From positions 1 through 64,000 of the forward strand of contig JALJEE010000027.1 of NCBI GenBank assembly GCA_023231475.1: 64,000 bases of DNA, in the 5' to 3' direction. Below are positions 38,105 through 50,478 of the stretch, piece by piece (the first letter of the stretch is position 1; each line of letters starts with the position of its first letter). The stretch is from Seison nebaliae (taxonomy: Eukaryota). The notes beneath the pieces are model-generated. The model did not search any database and had not been told where the DNA came from. It was given only the letters and a program-made list of their open reading frames with translations. The position numbers and the translations under genes were made by a program.

Positions 38105-40941
38105 TGCTCACATCTAATAGTTGTAAACGAAAAACTTTCCTTATATTATTATTGAATTAGAATGGGAGTAGGAGAATATTCGGTAGAAAATGTATATATT
38201 GAAATGGCAAATAAAAGGTAATTTAAAGAAAATGAAACACTTTTCTTGTTATCATACAAGATTTACGAGGTAGTAATCGGTAAACAATCGATCAAGGATC
38301 AGTAACCGCAGCTGTTACAGAAGAATAGTCTCACCCGACTTCAAACGTTCGGACACGAAATCGATGTGTGGAAATTGAAAAGAAGAATATCAACAACATA
38401 AAATTTATAGTAAATCCGCTCACTGATGAATTGCTACTGTTACCCTATAAATATAAATGAGGAAAAATGACAATTTTATTTGATTTAGACAATGAAGAGT
38501 AAGTGATGAAATTAATTTGTTATTACACCTTAATGACAAATCAATTAAGCGAAACAGTGTAATCGATTTATTATTGGAAATAATATCCAAACAAATCGCG
38601 CAGTAACAGTTCCTTTCCCACAGGGTCTTCGGGTGTCATTTGAATTTTACCTCAAAAAAAAAAACTTCGATGAGCTAAATAATTTCGTTAATAGATCGAT
38701 AAAAAAATGAAACTAATTCATTTTCCTCTCAAAAAAAAAATGTACATCTTCAAAAACTTAACAAGTGATCGATGATTTTCATTTATGGATTTTGTTCTTT
38801 TCTATTGAAGTTTATGCAGAAAAAAAGATTCGGTTTAATGACTAATGGTAACTGTGTTATAAGGAATGGAAATTGATATGGTTGAAAGTGAAAGGTGTAA
38901 CCTTAGACGTTATATGTAGGAAGTAAAAAGAAACAAGTGAGATGAAAATCAGTTCAATCAACATCCACTTATCAGAAAGTTTGCACATAGTTAAGAATCG
39001 TAATGAAGAGGAGTTTTCCCTTGCTATTCGTACACAAATAAGTTTTCGACGAAATATTCTCAGACATCAGATTCGTTAAGAAATGACGATGAACGTTTCT
39101 GTTGTCGACGCGTTAATTTGAATTTTATGCAAATAAAGGAAATGCGACGTGTCGAATTGATGGAATTCTTATGACGGTTTTCTTTTTGGTCTTTGTATTC
39201 CGCCTTTCTTCTTATCGGATTTTCGTCTTAGAACGGAACGACAAGATGAATTAATAAAAAGAAATCCTCATCCATCTTCGGGACTTATAGCACGTATCCA
39301 TGAATAATAATGAAGTGGAATGAATGGCAGTAAAAACTGTCAGTTAAACACAAACTGTAAACTTAGTTGAAGATGAAAGTTGAACAAGGTGAAAGAACGT
39401 TTTTTACTTCGATAAATTATCGTTAAATGGAAAAAGAAATACTTCCTATATGAAATGTGCATAAAATTGAGCATGATTGTTCATTAGCTGTTCATAGAAA
39501 CAATGGTTATTTCCGAGTAATTGGAATTTGGTTAGAGAAAACATTATTACTCACAATAATTCATTTTCGAAAAATAGATATTCATTGAATTGCTAACGGC
39601 TCTTTTAGTTCCCGAAGAATTGGGGGCGAAGTTAAGGAAGTGTTTCATTTTAGTTTTATGTAAAAGAACATGGACTGAAGATGATAAAAAGGAAAATAAT
39701 CGATAATAATAAAATTGATAATTCTGCTGTTTACCCTGGAACATTTGGTGACAAATTTGAAATTTTGACAATTCCGTTAATTGTTCGATCGGAGAATTGA
39801 ACTTCACGAATAGGAAAATGTAACACAAACACCAAAAAAAAAGAATGAATAAGAATTTATTCACGAACTTGTAAAAATCATCATCGAATGATTAAATCAG
39901 TAAAATGTGTGACGCGTGAAAAGCGTCAATAATCTTAAGTTTTATTTCGCGCATCTATCCACTCATCATCATGAAATAGGGTGATTGTTATCTAGTTCGT
40001 TGAATGATCGAACGAATTATTTGCCCAATGACTTCGTTTCCCAATGAAACGATTATTCAAATTTAAATGTGAGTGCATTCTTCCAGAAACTGAATTGGAG
40101 TAGAAAGAAGGTAAATAATATCGAGTCAACACCAAATTGGAGGGGTAGTGGCATTCCTAGACGAATATCAGAAACATTCATGAATAATTAGAAAATGAAT
40201 AGAACTAATTATAATTTCCGCTCAAATTTCTCCTTTGTATCGTCAATAAATATTTCTTTTAATTAGCAGTTACTTCCCATATACTTTCATTCATCATATC
40301 TAATTAGCGTTGCGGGAAAAGTTGTTAAACTAAATTGTTTGTCTAGTCTCGACATTGTCGTCCATATCTAACAAGGAAACTATCATAACCATTAAAACGG
40401 TAATTATCAAATATCGTTTATTGACAATTACATTCTAATTTCTCACATTCAATTGATATTTCCCCTTCCAATAAAATAAATCCGTAACGACTATCGATTT
40501 CATTTCATCTAATCCTCACAAACTCTCTCAAAAAAGAAGAAATTTTTCAATATTTTCTTTCAAAAACTTCATAAGCCTTAAAAAACCTTTTTTATGTCTT
40601 TCAAAGAGATTTCTCCAAATTTTTTCTCAGACTCAAAAATTATTCTCAAACTTTCTCTTCAAACAATTCCCCTTAAATAAGTTTATATTCCTTTAATGCA
40701 ATTAAGATTCTTTCTATAATTATTCAAACTAATTTTCATGACTCTTATTTTAGTGAGTAAATATTTTTCAAATGAATAAATTCTATTCATGCATCTGAAT
40801 TTCAATCGAACTTAATTGAATGAGTTGTAGTTGGATAAACAAAATAAAATTTTATTAAAAATCCAGAAAAGGAGGAGCTGATTCTCCAATGGTAATAAAT
40901 ATGGTAATAAATAAAGTGAAAAATGATGTAGAAATGGGATA

Positions 40942-41871
40942 TCAACGGAAATCATGACATTCTATTGGAATCGTATCAGAACAATAATAGAAATGTTTCG
41001 CTTCTTTAAATAGAATCGATTCTCGAATCTCGTGAACATGATGATCGTTGATAGTTGAACATTCTCGAATTTCATTCATTCCTTTCGTCGTCAAATGGAA
41101 AACTTTACACTCGTTATATTTGGGAGCGAGGACAATGCCGATTGCTAATGAGAGAAGATTTTGATACATAAATTGTGTATGCATATCGATAGAGGAGAAG
41201 AATGCTGTTTGTGTTGGATGTGAATGTATCCATCCGATTAGACTACAATTATGTTTCTCACTGAACTCCAATAATTGCCATTCATCGAACATTTCACACG
41301 AATTAGCCGTTCCTTTCTGTCTGGGAATGACGAGATGATTAATATGATGTTTTCCCGTTTGACTATTTGAATATCCGAATAATATTCCACATGTCTCAAC
41401 ATTCTGCGTCGTATTCGAATGAGCTAATTCGGCGAATAAATTCGGTAGATGTTCATGTGCACAAATCTGATCTTCTGGCATGGCTGCTGCCGATGGGCGA
41501 ACTTCAAGTTGTAAGTTCTGTGATTCAACTTCTTTCAATTTATTTAAATATGATATTCGAACTTTCTCTTTCATCTCATCCAATTCATTAAAGATATTTC
41601 GATTAATTTCCATTTGCATCGAATTTAATAATTCCGAATTAAATTTCGCATCTTCCGACGACAATAACATTCGCACCAGATGAACATATCGCAAATAAAG
41701 AATATAACTCTTCTCATACTCATTACGTAATCGAGAATAACGAGCTGAATCCAACATCGATTTTGCTAACGGAATATTCATAGAAACTTTTCTGTCTTTA
41801 CAAATGGACGTCGTTGCTCTCGCATTCTCCACCATCTGATTTAACATAATCTTCACTTTATCTTCCGTCAT
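40942..41871 (-). CDS. STAMBP: AMSH/STAMBP JAMM deubiquitinase (intronless)
   Basis: N-terminal SYILYLRY; NVETCGILFG; IGWIHSHPTQTAFFSSIDMHTQ. Confidence 0.93.
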   Translation of the reverse strand: MTEDKVKIMLNQMVENARATTSICKDRKVSMNIPLAKSMLDSARYSRLRNEYEKSYILYLRYVHLVRMLLSSEDAKFNSELLNSMQMEINRNIFNELDEMKEKVRISYLNKLKEVESQNLQLEVRPSAAAMPEDQICAHEHLPNLFAELAHSNTTQNVETCGILFGYSNSQTGKHHINHLVIPRQKGTANSCEMFDEWQLLEFSEKHNCSLIGWIHSHPTQTAFFSSIDMHTQFMYQNLLSLAIGIVLAPKYNECKVFHLTTKGMNEIRECSTINDHHVHEIRESILFKEAKHFYYCSDTIPIECHDFR

Positions 41872-42024
41872 TTATTCTTTGTGTGTTTGACGAACTTGAA
41901 TTAACTACTAATTAACAATCAATTCCATTCGAAGCTAAAAAATGGAAAAGTTTATATTATTGATAAAAATTGAATTGGGAGAAATTTGAAAAAGATTTGA
42001 TGATAAAACCAATTTTTTCTGGAA

Positions 42025-42038
42025 GTAACCATGGCAAC
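42025..42038 (+). promoter_or_regulatory. X-box (RFX site) GTAACCATGGCAAC
   Basis: Full match to GTHNYY-AT-RRNAAC, about 55 nt upstream of the FBXO16 ATG, in the gap shared with divergent AMSH. Confidence 0.75.
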
Positions 42039-42091
42039 GATTTGTCTTCATCTTCTGAATCAGTTTCCTGCAAATCCAGAAAGTAATTAGA

Positions 42092-44189
42092 ATGCCCATC
42101 TCGTCACAAACTCGAATTGTTCATCAAGATGACATCGATGAACGATCGAAACATAGTCTGAAAAGTACGTGGACTCCATTAGCTAATGAGAATTATAATA
42201 AGAAAGTTCCATTTTTAAAATTATTCCTTTTCACATTATCATTCAGTTATACGTCGAACGACGACAATTAGTGAACAAATGGGTTCGTTCTCTAATCGAT
42301 TATCATTAACGATTTCTTATTAAAATTAGTTTGATACATGGACAACGAGACAACGACAAATGTTGTTGGAAGATTTACTCATCATCTCGAGAAGATCTGA
42401 ACGGACATTCGCCAGGGAATGGCTAAATGCATTTGTTCCTCGTACCCGAATGGATTTCACTCAAACTCTACCGAGATGTATTTCCATTTATATCTTCTCT
42501 TTCCTCGATCCCAAGTCACTCGCATGTTGTGCTCAAGTTAATTCGCATTGGAAACATTTGAGTGAGAGTGACAGTCTTTGGAGACCGATATGTGTCCGAA
42601 AGAATTGGGTTTTACCATTCGCTTTAACGCCATTCGAAAATGGCGCTTGGAAAAGAATGTATGCGGAAAATATTCGGATTTCTTTAATCGAATTGGATGT
42701 TGATTAATTTCTTTCTTAATATTAATAATTCTTCTTTACTGTCAATAATTCCAGTCGATGATAACGAGGGAAGCGTTGATGGATGAAGAGAAACGTAAAG
42801 CGAAATTAGCTGAAGAGAATCGTCAGATTCGAGAATACAATCAAATTATTCGTAATTCGTTTATGTTAAACACGAAAGTTCACATGAAATTTTTATTTGC
42901 GATATAATTTTTTGGAAATAGAACACTGAAATTCAACGACCGCCATGGCGTCCAAATTGTAAGAAGCCAGATGATATTCATATTCATAAGAAACCACATG
43001 TTAAATTAAAAGTAAAGTTTATTTTCAAATTATTCTCATTTTTATCATATCAATTATCACATATAATCATATCACATCAACAGTCGAACAAGTTCAAGAC
43101 CAATTAGCGGTCGAATTCGATCCACACCAACACCGACAAAACAGATGGATCTTTTTGTTTTGATTTTTAATAAACTCCTTCAATTAAATTAATTATTATT
43201 AATCATAGAATGAATATTTAAGTGGTGACGCATATTCCGTAAATGTTAATAAATTTATTATTATTTGAATATTATTATGAATTTCTTTTCAATTCTCGTT
43301 TGGTTAGAGAGAGATATGTTCAAGACCAGATTGGGCAAGAACGACAGCAGATGAAGCAGCCGAAATGTTTTTAACCAGTTCCCAACATCAGAAACCTCCG
43401 CCTTTTCTCCCAACTAAAATTGAGAGATTTCATTTGACAAAGAACTATATTGACTATGTAAACACAGAAGATAAAAAATCAGATACAGATGTCGAAGATT
43501 TCATCAATGCTAATCGCATAACACCTAAATGTGAATCACTATCAAATACACAATCGGAGAATGAGAAAAGGACGGAGAGTGAAATCGATATGTTGCGACA
43601 CAAATTCGACAAAACTAAAAAGAGTCGTGTTGATTCAGGAATGAAAAAGACTAATAAAACGGTAGATCAAAAGAAAAAGATGAAACGAGTTTTCGTCAAT
43701 ATTAGCACAGTAAATCAAATAGCTAAGAAACCGCAAAGAGTGAAAGAGAATGTTGAATCATCTCAACAGAAAGAGAAGGAGAAACTACAAGAGAAACGGA
43801 AGAAAATCGTCTTTAAACTACTCGAAGATACAACAAAATTAAATACACCTCCAATAACTAAACGTGTCATGTCACCAAGACCGATAATTAAAGTTTCTTT
43901 CTTTCGCTTTCGGTCAATAACTAATTTCCTTTCCCAAAAGAAACCTGCACTGATTGAAGAAAAAGTTAAGGATAAAACTGAAGAATCAGGAATCGATGTT
44001 AATGAAATAACTACTTTGCCGACAATGACCACACTCGATGAAAGACCTAGTAATGTGTCAGAAAAAACTGAAACGTCATTACCATTATCTACAAACACTT
44101 TATCGTCCACCGAAGAATTAACCGAAACTAAAACATTAGATGACGATTCATTTAGGACGGAGAGTGAAAGTGATGGGGATAGTCCATAA
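42092..44189 (+). CDS. FBXO16: F-box protein FBXO16-like, about 9 exons (introns 42206-42246, 42283-42329, 42699-42754, 42878-42921, 43017-43083, 43157-43208, 43239/43245-43307, 43893-43940)
   Basis: Spliced STWTPL...ERRQLVNKW|FDTWT, F-box DFTQTLPRCISIYIFSFLDPKSL, TPFENGAWK and PPWRP. The 3' exons are less certain. Confidence 0.8.
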
Positions 44190-44754
44190 CTGATAAATTA
44201 ATTTAATTATTTTTTAAATTCAATTAAGATATATTATTAATTACTATTATTTCTTTAATTGGCGTTTCTCTATTAATTGATCTTCAATCGAATTCAATTA
44301 TTATTATTGTCAGATTTCTTCATGAACAATCATTTTAATGATTATCTTTCTAAATAAAACTATATTATTATTCTTTTAACTAATTCACATCAAAAATCGC
44401 GAAAAGTTTTTTCCTTTTGTCTTCAATCCATAATATCGATATATAATATTTATATAATATATAATCGGTAATTATTCTTATTATTATACTCAATTTTAAT
44501 AATTATTTTAGAGTGAAACATGAGTGAATAAGTATTATGCATAAATGATTAAAGGAATATTAAGAAATTGGTTTTAAAACGAATATTAACATTTAAACAA
44601 ACGAACCAACAATTTAAAGTAAACAATTCCACCTCATTCATTCGAAGAAATCAATTTTAATCGAACCGATCTCTTCAAAATTTCAATGGATATTGTGAAT
44701 CGTTTCTAATCTACTCCATATTATCAGTTGATTAATTTCCATTAAAAGGAAACG

Positions 44755-45810
44755 ATGGTTGATAAGAAAAAAGTTATTATTCATTCAATTTTCCATGAAA
44801 CTAAAATTTGAAACATTTAAACTTTAGAAAAAGGGTAAAGTAAAAGGAAAGACGAAAGGCAAAGGTAAAGATAAGGGAAAAGGGGGAAAGAAAAAGAGGA
44901 AAGTATCATCCATAAAAACTTCTGATAAGAATGAGACTGAAAGTGCTGCTCCCAGTAATTTATCTCTTATGCCAAGCATCAGTAAAATAAGTAGAGGAAG
45001 TAAAGATGACTTAACCGAAAGTTGGATAATTTTTAATTCTCTTAAAATATTCTTTGTCCATACTTTCCTCAGATCGTTCGGTCTCCGCCCTGAAACTTTA
45101 TCAGCCAAAGACTAAACATAAAAAACACAAAAAAACAGTGAAAATTCCGGAAGAGGAAAAAGACTTAACGAGATTACTTACCACTCGTCCCAATTTTAAA
45201 GATTATTCAATTAAAGTTATTTCAATTCTTTCTTTCAAATTTCTTAAATTTAAATGAACTGTTGACAAGGAATTGAAAAATCCGAAATATCCAATCATTT
45301 CTCATCATGGTGCAGCTGTTGATAAGAATAACAAACCATTAGTACTACATAATAAAAAGAATTTGGAAGTGAATGACAAATATGCGGAATATGATGAAGG
45401 TGATGCCACTTTCGTTCCACCCGCTACTTTGGCTATCGTCAAATTACGAGAAATGGGCAAGAGTGATTTCGAAAATATTGATTTTTCCAATCCTCTCCCC
45501 CAAGGCATAAGCCGAGGCTGGGATTCAACTCGTCCTCAATCTAATTTCAAAAATTTTACGAAATATTATAAAGAACCGTTACAAGGACAATTACCGTTAG
45601 AAGAATACTTCCCCGATTGGACACATGATTATCGTATCATTGATAAAACTAACATGAACAAAGCAAACATTTATAAATTAGTGTTAGTTGAAGTTTTTTT
45701 TAATAGAAATTCTCTTAATTTATTTACGGAACGTATTTAGACATATTGTGGGTAAAATGCCTCCAAGATTATTTGACTACACAATAAATAAATTTAAGGA
45801 AGGAAAATAA
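44755..45810 (+). CDS. Unknown basic protein, paralogue A (Lys/Gly-rich N-terminus); introns 44773-44827, 45021-45072, 45216-45269, 45683-45740
   Basis: Frame is continuous after splicing; co-linear similarity and shared intron positions with paralogue B. Confidence 0.65.
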
Positions 45811-46086
45811 AATTCACATCTCAAATCTTGTGCTTTTCTGTAATTATTTCAAATTTGTGTCATTCGATGTAGAAATGAAAATTGATCTATCAACTGAAAT
45901 TTTTAATTTTTGTTCGTTTTGCGAGAAAGAATAGTGAGATTAAAAGGAATTTCTTTTTGATTTGTTTCATTTCGACAACATCTTGGTATTTGACCACTAA
46001 AGAGTTAACTTATCAAATGAGATTCGAACTATCAAATTTAACATTCAAATTAGAATTTTTCGAAGATTTCTTAATTAGAAGAAAGA

Positions 46087-46976
46087 ATGAAGACTACTAT
46101 GTGGAATAAATCAGCACGATCACCTTTTAGCAGTTTTAGTTGTATGACTTATTTTTATGTGTTCTTTTGTTAGTTCTTTTAATTAATTCCATGATAATAG
46201 CATTGAAAAGCGTATCTCGTATGAGTCTGTTGGTGGGTCGAAAGAAGAGAGTTCTTCATAGCAAACTTGTAGAAAAACAGTTGACACGATTAACTTTAAA
46301 GAAAGCACCAATCAAAGATTACACGAAGAAAGTGAATTAAATAATTTTAGTTAATGATAATTCGTATTTCAGGAATTAGAATATCCGATTAAATGTAAAT
46401 ATGATATTCATGCATTGAAAGTTGATCGAAGTGGGAAACTGTTGTTATTGAACTCACCGAAAGACGTGAAAGTATTGGACAATTATCAAGTTTATGATGA
46501 AAGTGATCCGAATTTTATGCCACCTCCCGAATTAGCAGTCGTCAAATTACAACAAACACAACGTAATGATTTTGAAGATATAAAATTTCAGCCTAAAATC
46601 GAACTACCCCCCAATTATCGACGGACAAAACCTTCGAATGTCACCAAAGACAGCTCGTTCACTAAATTTTACACTCGACCAATTGAAAGACAAATACCGT
46701 TTGATGAAACATTTAACTATCTTCCTGAACATTATATGAGAACTCGGAAAATGAAAGCGAATGCAACTCAAGCTGAAGTCTTGGCGATATTGTTAAATTG
46801 TGTTGAATTTGTGTTAAAATTTAAATTTCTAAATTTTCAGTGAACAATTCCCAAAAATGCCGAATCGATTAATTCAACAAACGGCACAACGATTGAAAGT
46901 ATATCAACAGGAAAAGAAGTTAGAACAAGAGAAAAAGGAAAAGAAAATTATGCTGCCTTATTTGGGGAAATATTGA
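46087..46976 (+). CDS. Unknown protein, paralogue B; introns 46133-46173, 46332-46372, 46792-46840
   Basis: YDESDPNFMPPPELAVVKL vs A's YDEGDATFVPPATLAIVKL; FTKFY vs FTKYY; KMPNRL vs KMPPRL. The start codon is uncertain. Confidence 0.62.
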
Positions 46977-49180
46977 AGAAATTGGATGAGAATGATAAGT
47001 ATTTTATGTCGGATGAATTTTGTTTGAAAACGAATAAATATTTCAATAAATAAATATCTTCTTTGAAAAAGAATGAAAGAAAGAATAAAATAGGATAAAT
47101 TGTTAAAGGAAAGCGGCAAGAAAAAATTGATTATGCTAAAATGAATAAATGAATTGTAACAATGATATTTAATATTATATAAGTTAAAAATTGTTGAAAA
47201 TATTTCGAATTGGAAATACAAATAGATAAATGAGTATGAAGAGAGAGACTAATGGATCTACAGCCACGTAATGGCTAGATAAATTATTCAAATTTATATA
47301 ACAATTCCTTAACGGAAATGACGTGTAAGAAGAAAATTTTCTAACGCTTTTTTCTCTTCAACACATACGTAGCTACGTATATATGTAGTCCGAAGAGATA
47401 TTCTCACTTGTATAATTGGTGTATACAATTTCTGTTAATCCTTCAAAAAAAAATTATGGACAACGACTAAAAAAGGAAAGAAGTGGTCATAAACTATTTT
47501 CTCACACTTCTCCCAACCAACTTTTCTTCTCCTTCTTCACTCAATTCCTATTAGCTACTGTTAGTCTGTTTGGGGGATGTCATAATCTGAGAGTTTTTTT
47601 ACAAAATATTTCATTTGCATTAGGAATTCTCTTTAGGGAAAGCGAGTTGAATATGTGGAAGAAACACTTGTCTTGTGTTGGGTGGACATCGTGGGAATAT
47701 AATGTTAAGAATAAATTATATAAAATTTAGACAAATATTATGGAACATTAATTATCTTTCAATTAGTTTTCAATATGAGAAGTTCTCATGAATCTGTTTG
47801 TATAAGGAGTCGAACATTTTTCTTTTTAGTCAAAGAAAATTTCTTTCGAAATTTTTTCAAAGTTTCCTTTCATTATCACTTCATTGGAGATAAGATACAA
47901 ATTGCTAAGTGGTTTAATTCCATATTAATTAGATGTTTTTGAAGGATGATTAAGAGGAATTTTATCATGAATGAAATTAAGGTCGATAAGAAGATAATTT
48001 CCACATTTTATTTCAGGGAAAGAATTTTAGCATTCTTTTCTATTTGTGCATCCGTTATTGAGATGAAGGGAATAGTTGTCGAAGAATGGAACTAGGAAAC
48101 TTCCACATAATCACGTGTACCGATGTGTAAAAGAGTTGTATTTCCTTCCACTTGACTGTACTGTGTATATGTGGGAAGAGAGGGTGAGGAAGCGATAATT
48201 GTCCATTCTTTTACATAACCTTAATGCAAATGATTTATATATGACAATTATTAATTGAATCTCTCTACCTGATTCTTGGGGTGTATTGTTGGAATAATTA
48301 TTTTTATGCGTCATATCATATATAATTGCAAATATGTGTATAGCGAACTGACTGACTGACTGGCTGGCTACTTCTCTTTCACAAATCGCCAATGGTCACT
48401 GTGAAAAAGAAATTGATTGTGAAAAGTGTGTGAGAAACGAATGGGGAAAACATGTGGAAATGGTGAAAAGTGTGGTCCTTCAGAGTTGGAAGGCTTAAGT
48501 ATTTCCGTAAAATGACATTCGTTCTAGGAAGAGACAATGAGAAGTGTTTCCTCTATCCCTCAGTGTTGAAGGGGGAAATGTGTTTATTATTGGGAATATT
48601 ATTATTATTATTATTATTAGATTGAGAAGAAAACATGCATCTTCCCTGTCCATCTTCCACTATCGAACATGTACATAATATGGATTTCATTTCATAACAA
48701 TGACAATTATTAGAGTAAACGTCTTCATTCGTCTCTTTGGGAGAATAGCTATTCTTTTTTTATTTCTCATTTTAGTTGGGATGTGAAAAATGGAAAGATT
48801 TCTCCTTAGACAAAAAGAGAAGGAAGGAATAATTACGATAAATAAATAATTATAAATAAATTATAATATATTAATATATCATCTCGTTTACATACGTACA
48901 ATGTAATATAAATAGATTCTCTTTTATTTTCCATCCTTTTATTACAGTCCTTTTAGCCAGTGGTCATTCTTCTTCCTTCATATTCTCAACATGTAACATT
49001 CGCTTTTGTTTTTATCCTCTGTCAAATTGTTCCATTTATTCATGATTACTCTTGATTACTTCCCCCTATTTAATACTTTCAATATCTAACCAACTTTTCA
49101 TGATTCTATTTATTCAGATTCTATTCTATTCTTAAAGTATTTTTTGTAGTTGAACCATTCTTTCTAATCGATCGTCAACG

Positions 49181-50478
49181 ATGCAGTCAACTCTAATTAA
49201 AAGTGAATGTCTCCCACAATTGAATGATAATAGCACGAACGATAACAATCATTTATCAATCGATCAAAATGAGAAACGAACTAATCGAAGAAAACCCAAT
49301 GTTACCAGACGATTTCAAGGTGTCAATGACAAGCGAATGGAATTGACCACTCCCGAATTATTAAATACTCAATTCGCCAATGATCAACATGATGTAAATA
49401 TCCACCAGAATGATGACGACGAAGCTGTCGCCGATTTAAATCAAGAGACGATCAATAACAATCATCAATCCACAACCATCATCGAACCGAGAAGAGATAG
49501 TGTTGCCTCCACCTTATCGGATAAAAGTAGTGGATGTATTTCAAATGGAAGTCGATTTAGCGAAGACGATATTTGTGCAGCGAAACAAAATTTAAATCAG
49601 CCATCTCATATGAAAAATGAACATTTAGAAGATCCGGAAATATTATCCAGCATTCTTCACCGATTACTCGGCAACAACAATTCCAGTCTTGCCGACGTAT
49701 TGCAAAATAAAATTATGTTAAAAATTCATGAAAATGAAAGAAATACTCCTTCGCCACCTACCACCTCACCACCAAATACTCATGAAGTAAAAGAAATAAA
49801 GAAAGAATTGGAAACTTATCCCAAATTGGCAGCTATGTTATCAGGCGATTCACCCAAATCTTTACCGAGAAATTACAATTCCACCAATCCACCATCTCGT
49901 GCCTCTCCCCCAAGAGGACGGTCACGAATTGGTAGTGATGATTTGAAAAATCAGACAATTGCTGAATTATTAGGTAATCGACGTCGTTCCCTCATAAGAA
50001 GTGTGGAAAAAGAAGGATTATCGAAAATTAATGTAAATGAAGTTCTCTCTTCTACTGGAACAACCGTGGGAACTGTTCGAAAATCGACGAAAAGAAATGC
50101 TCCTGTCAAATCTCTCACGGCCAATAAACAATTAAGAATGGATCGGTTTGTAAAATTTGAAATTTTAAAAAAAAATAATTTTAAAAAAATAAATTTTTTA
50201 GTTCGTCCGACACTCCATGTGACAGTGGTAGTGGAAGTGGTAGTGGTGGAGAATCATCGAAAAAAACAACTATGGACGGTGTTGATTTAGCATATTTGGA
50301 ACGAAGAAGAAAAAATAATGATGCGGCGAAACGTTCGAGAGATTTACGACGACAAAAAGAAGATGAAATTGCGTTACGCGCTGCGTTTTTAGAACAAGAG
50401 AATTTGGAATTACGAGCAAAAGTTGAATTGTTGAGAAGTGAATTGAACAATCTTCACGTCATTCTATCGATGAGATAA
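49181..50478 (+). CDS. PAR-family bZIP transcription factor (giant/CES-2-like), 2 exons (intron 50146-50201)
   Basis: [38 protein letters not shown] followed by a leucine zipper; the intron joins the two ORFs in frame. Confidence 0.92.
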
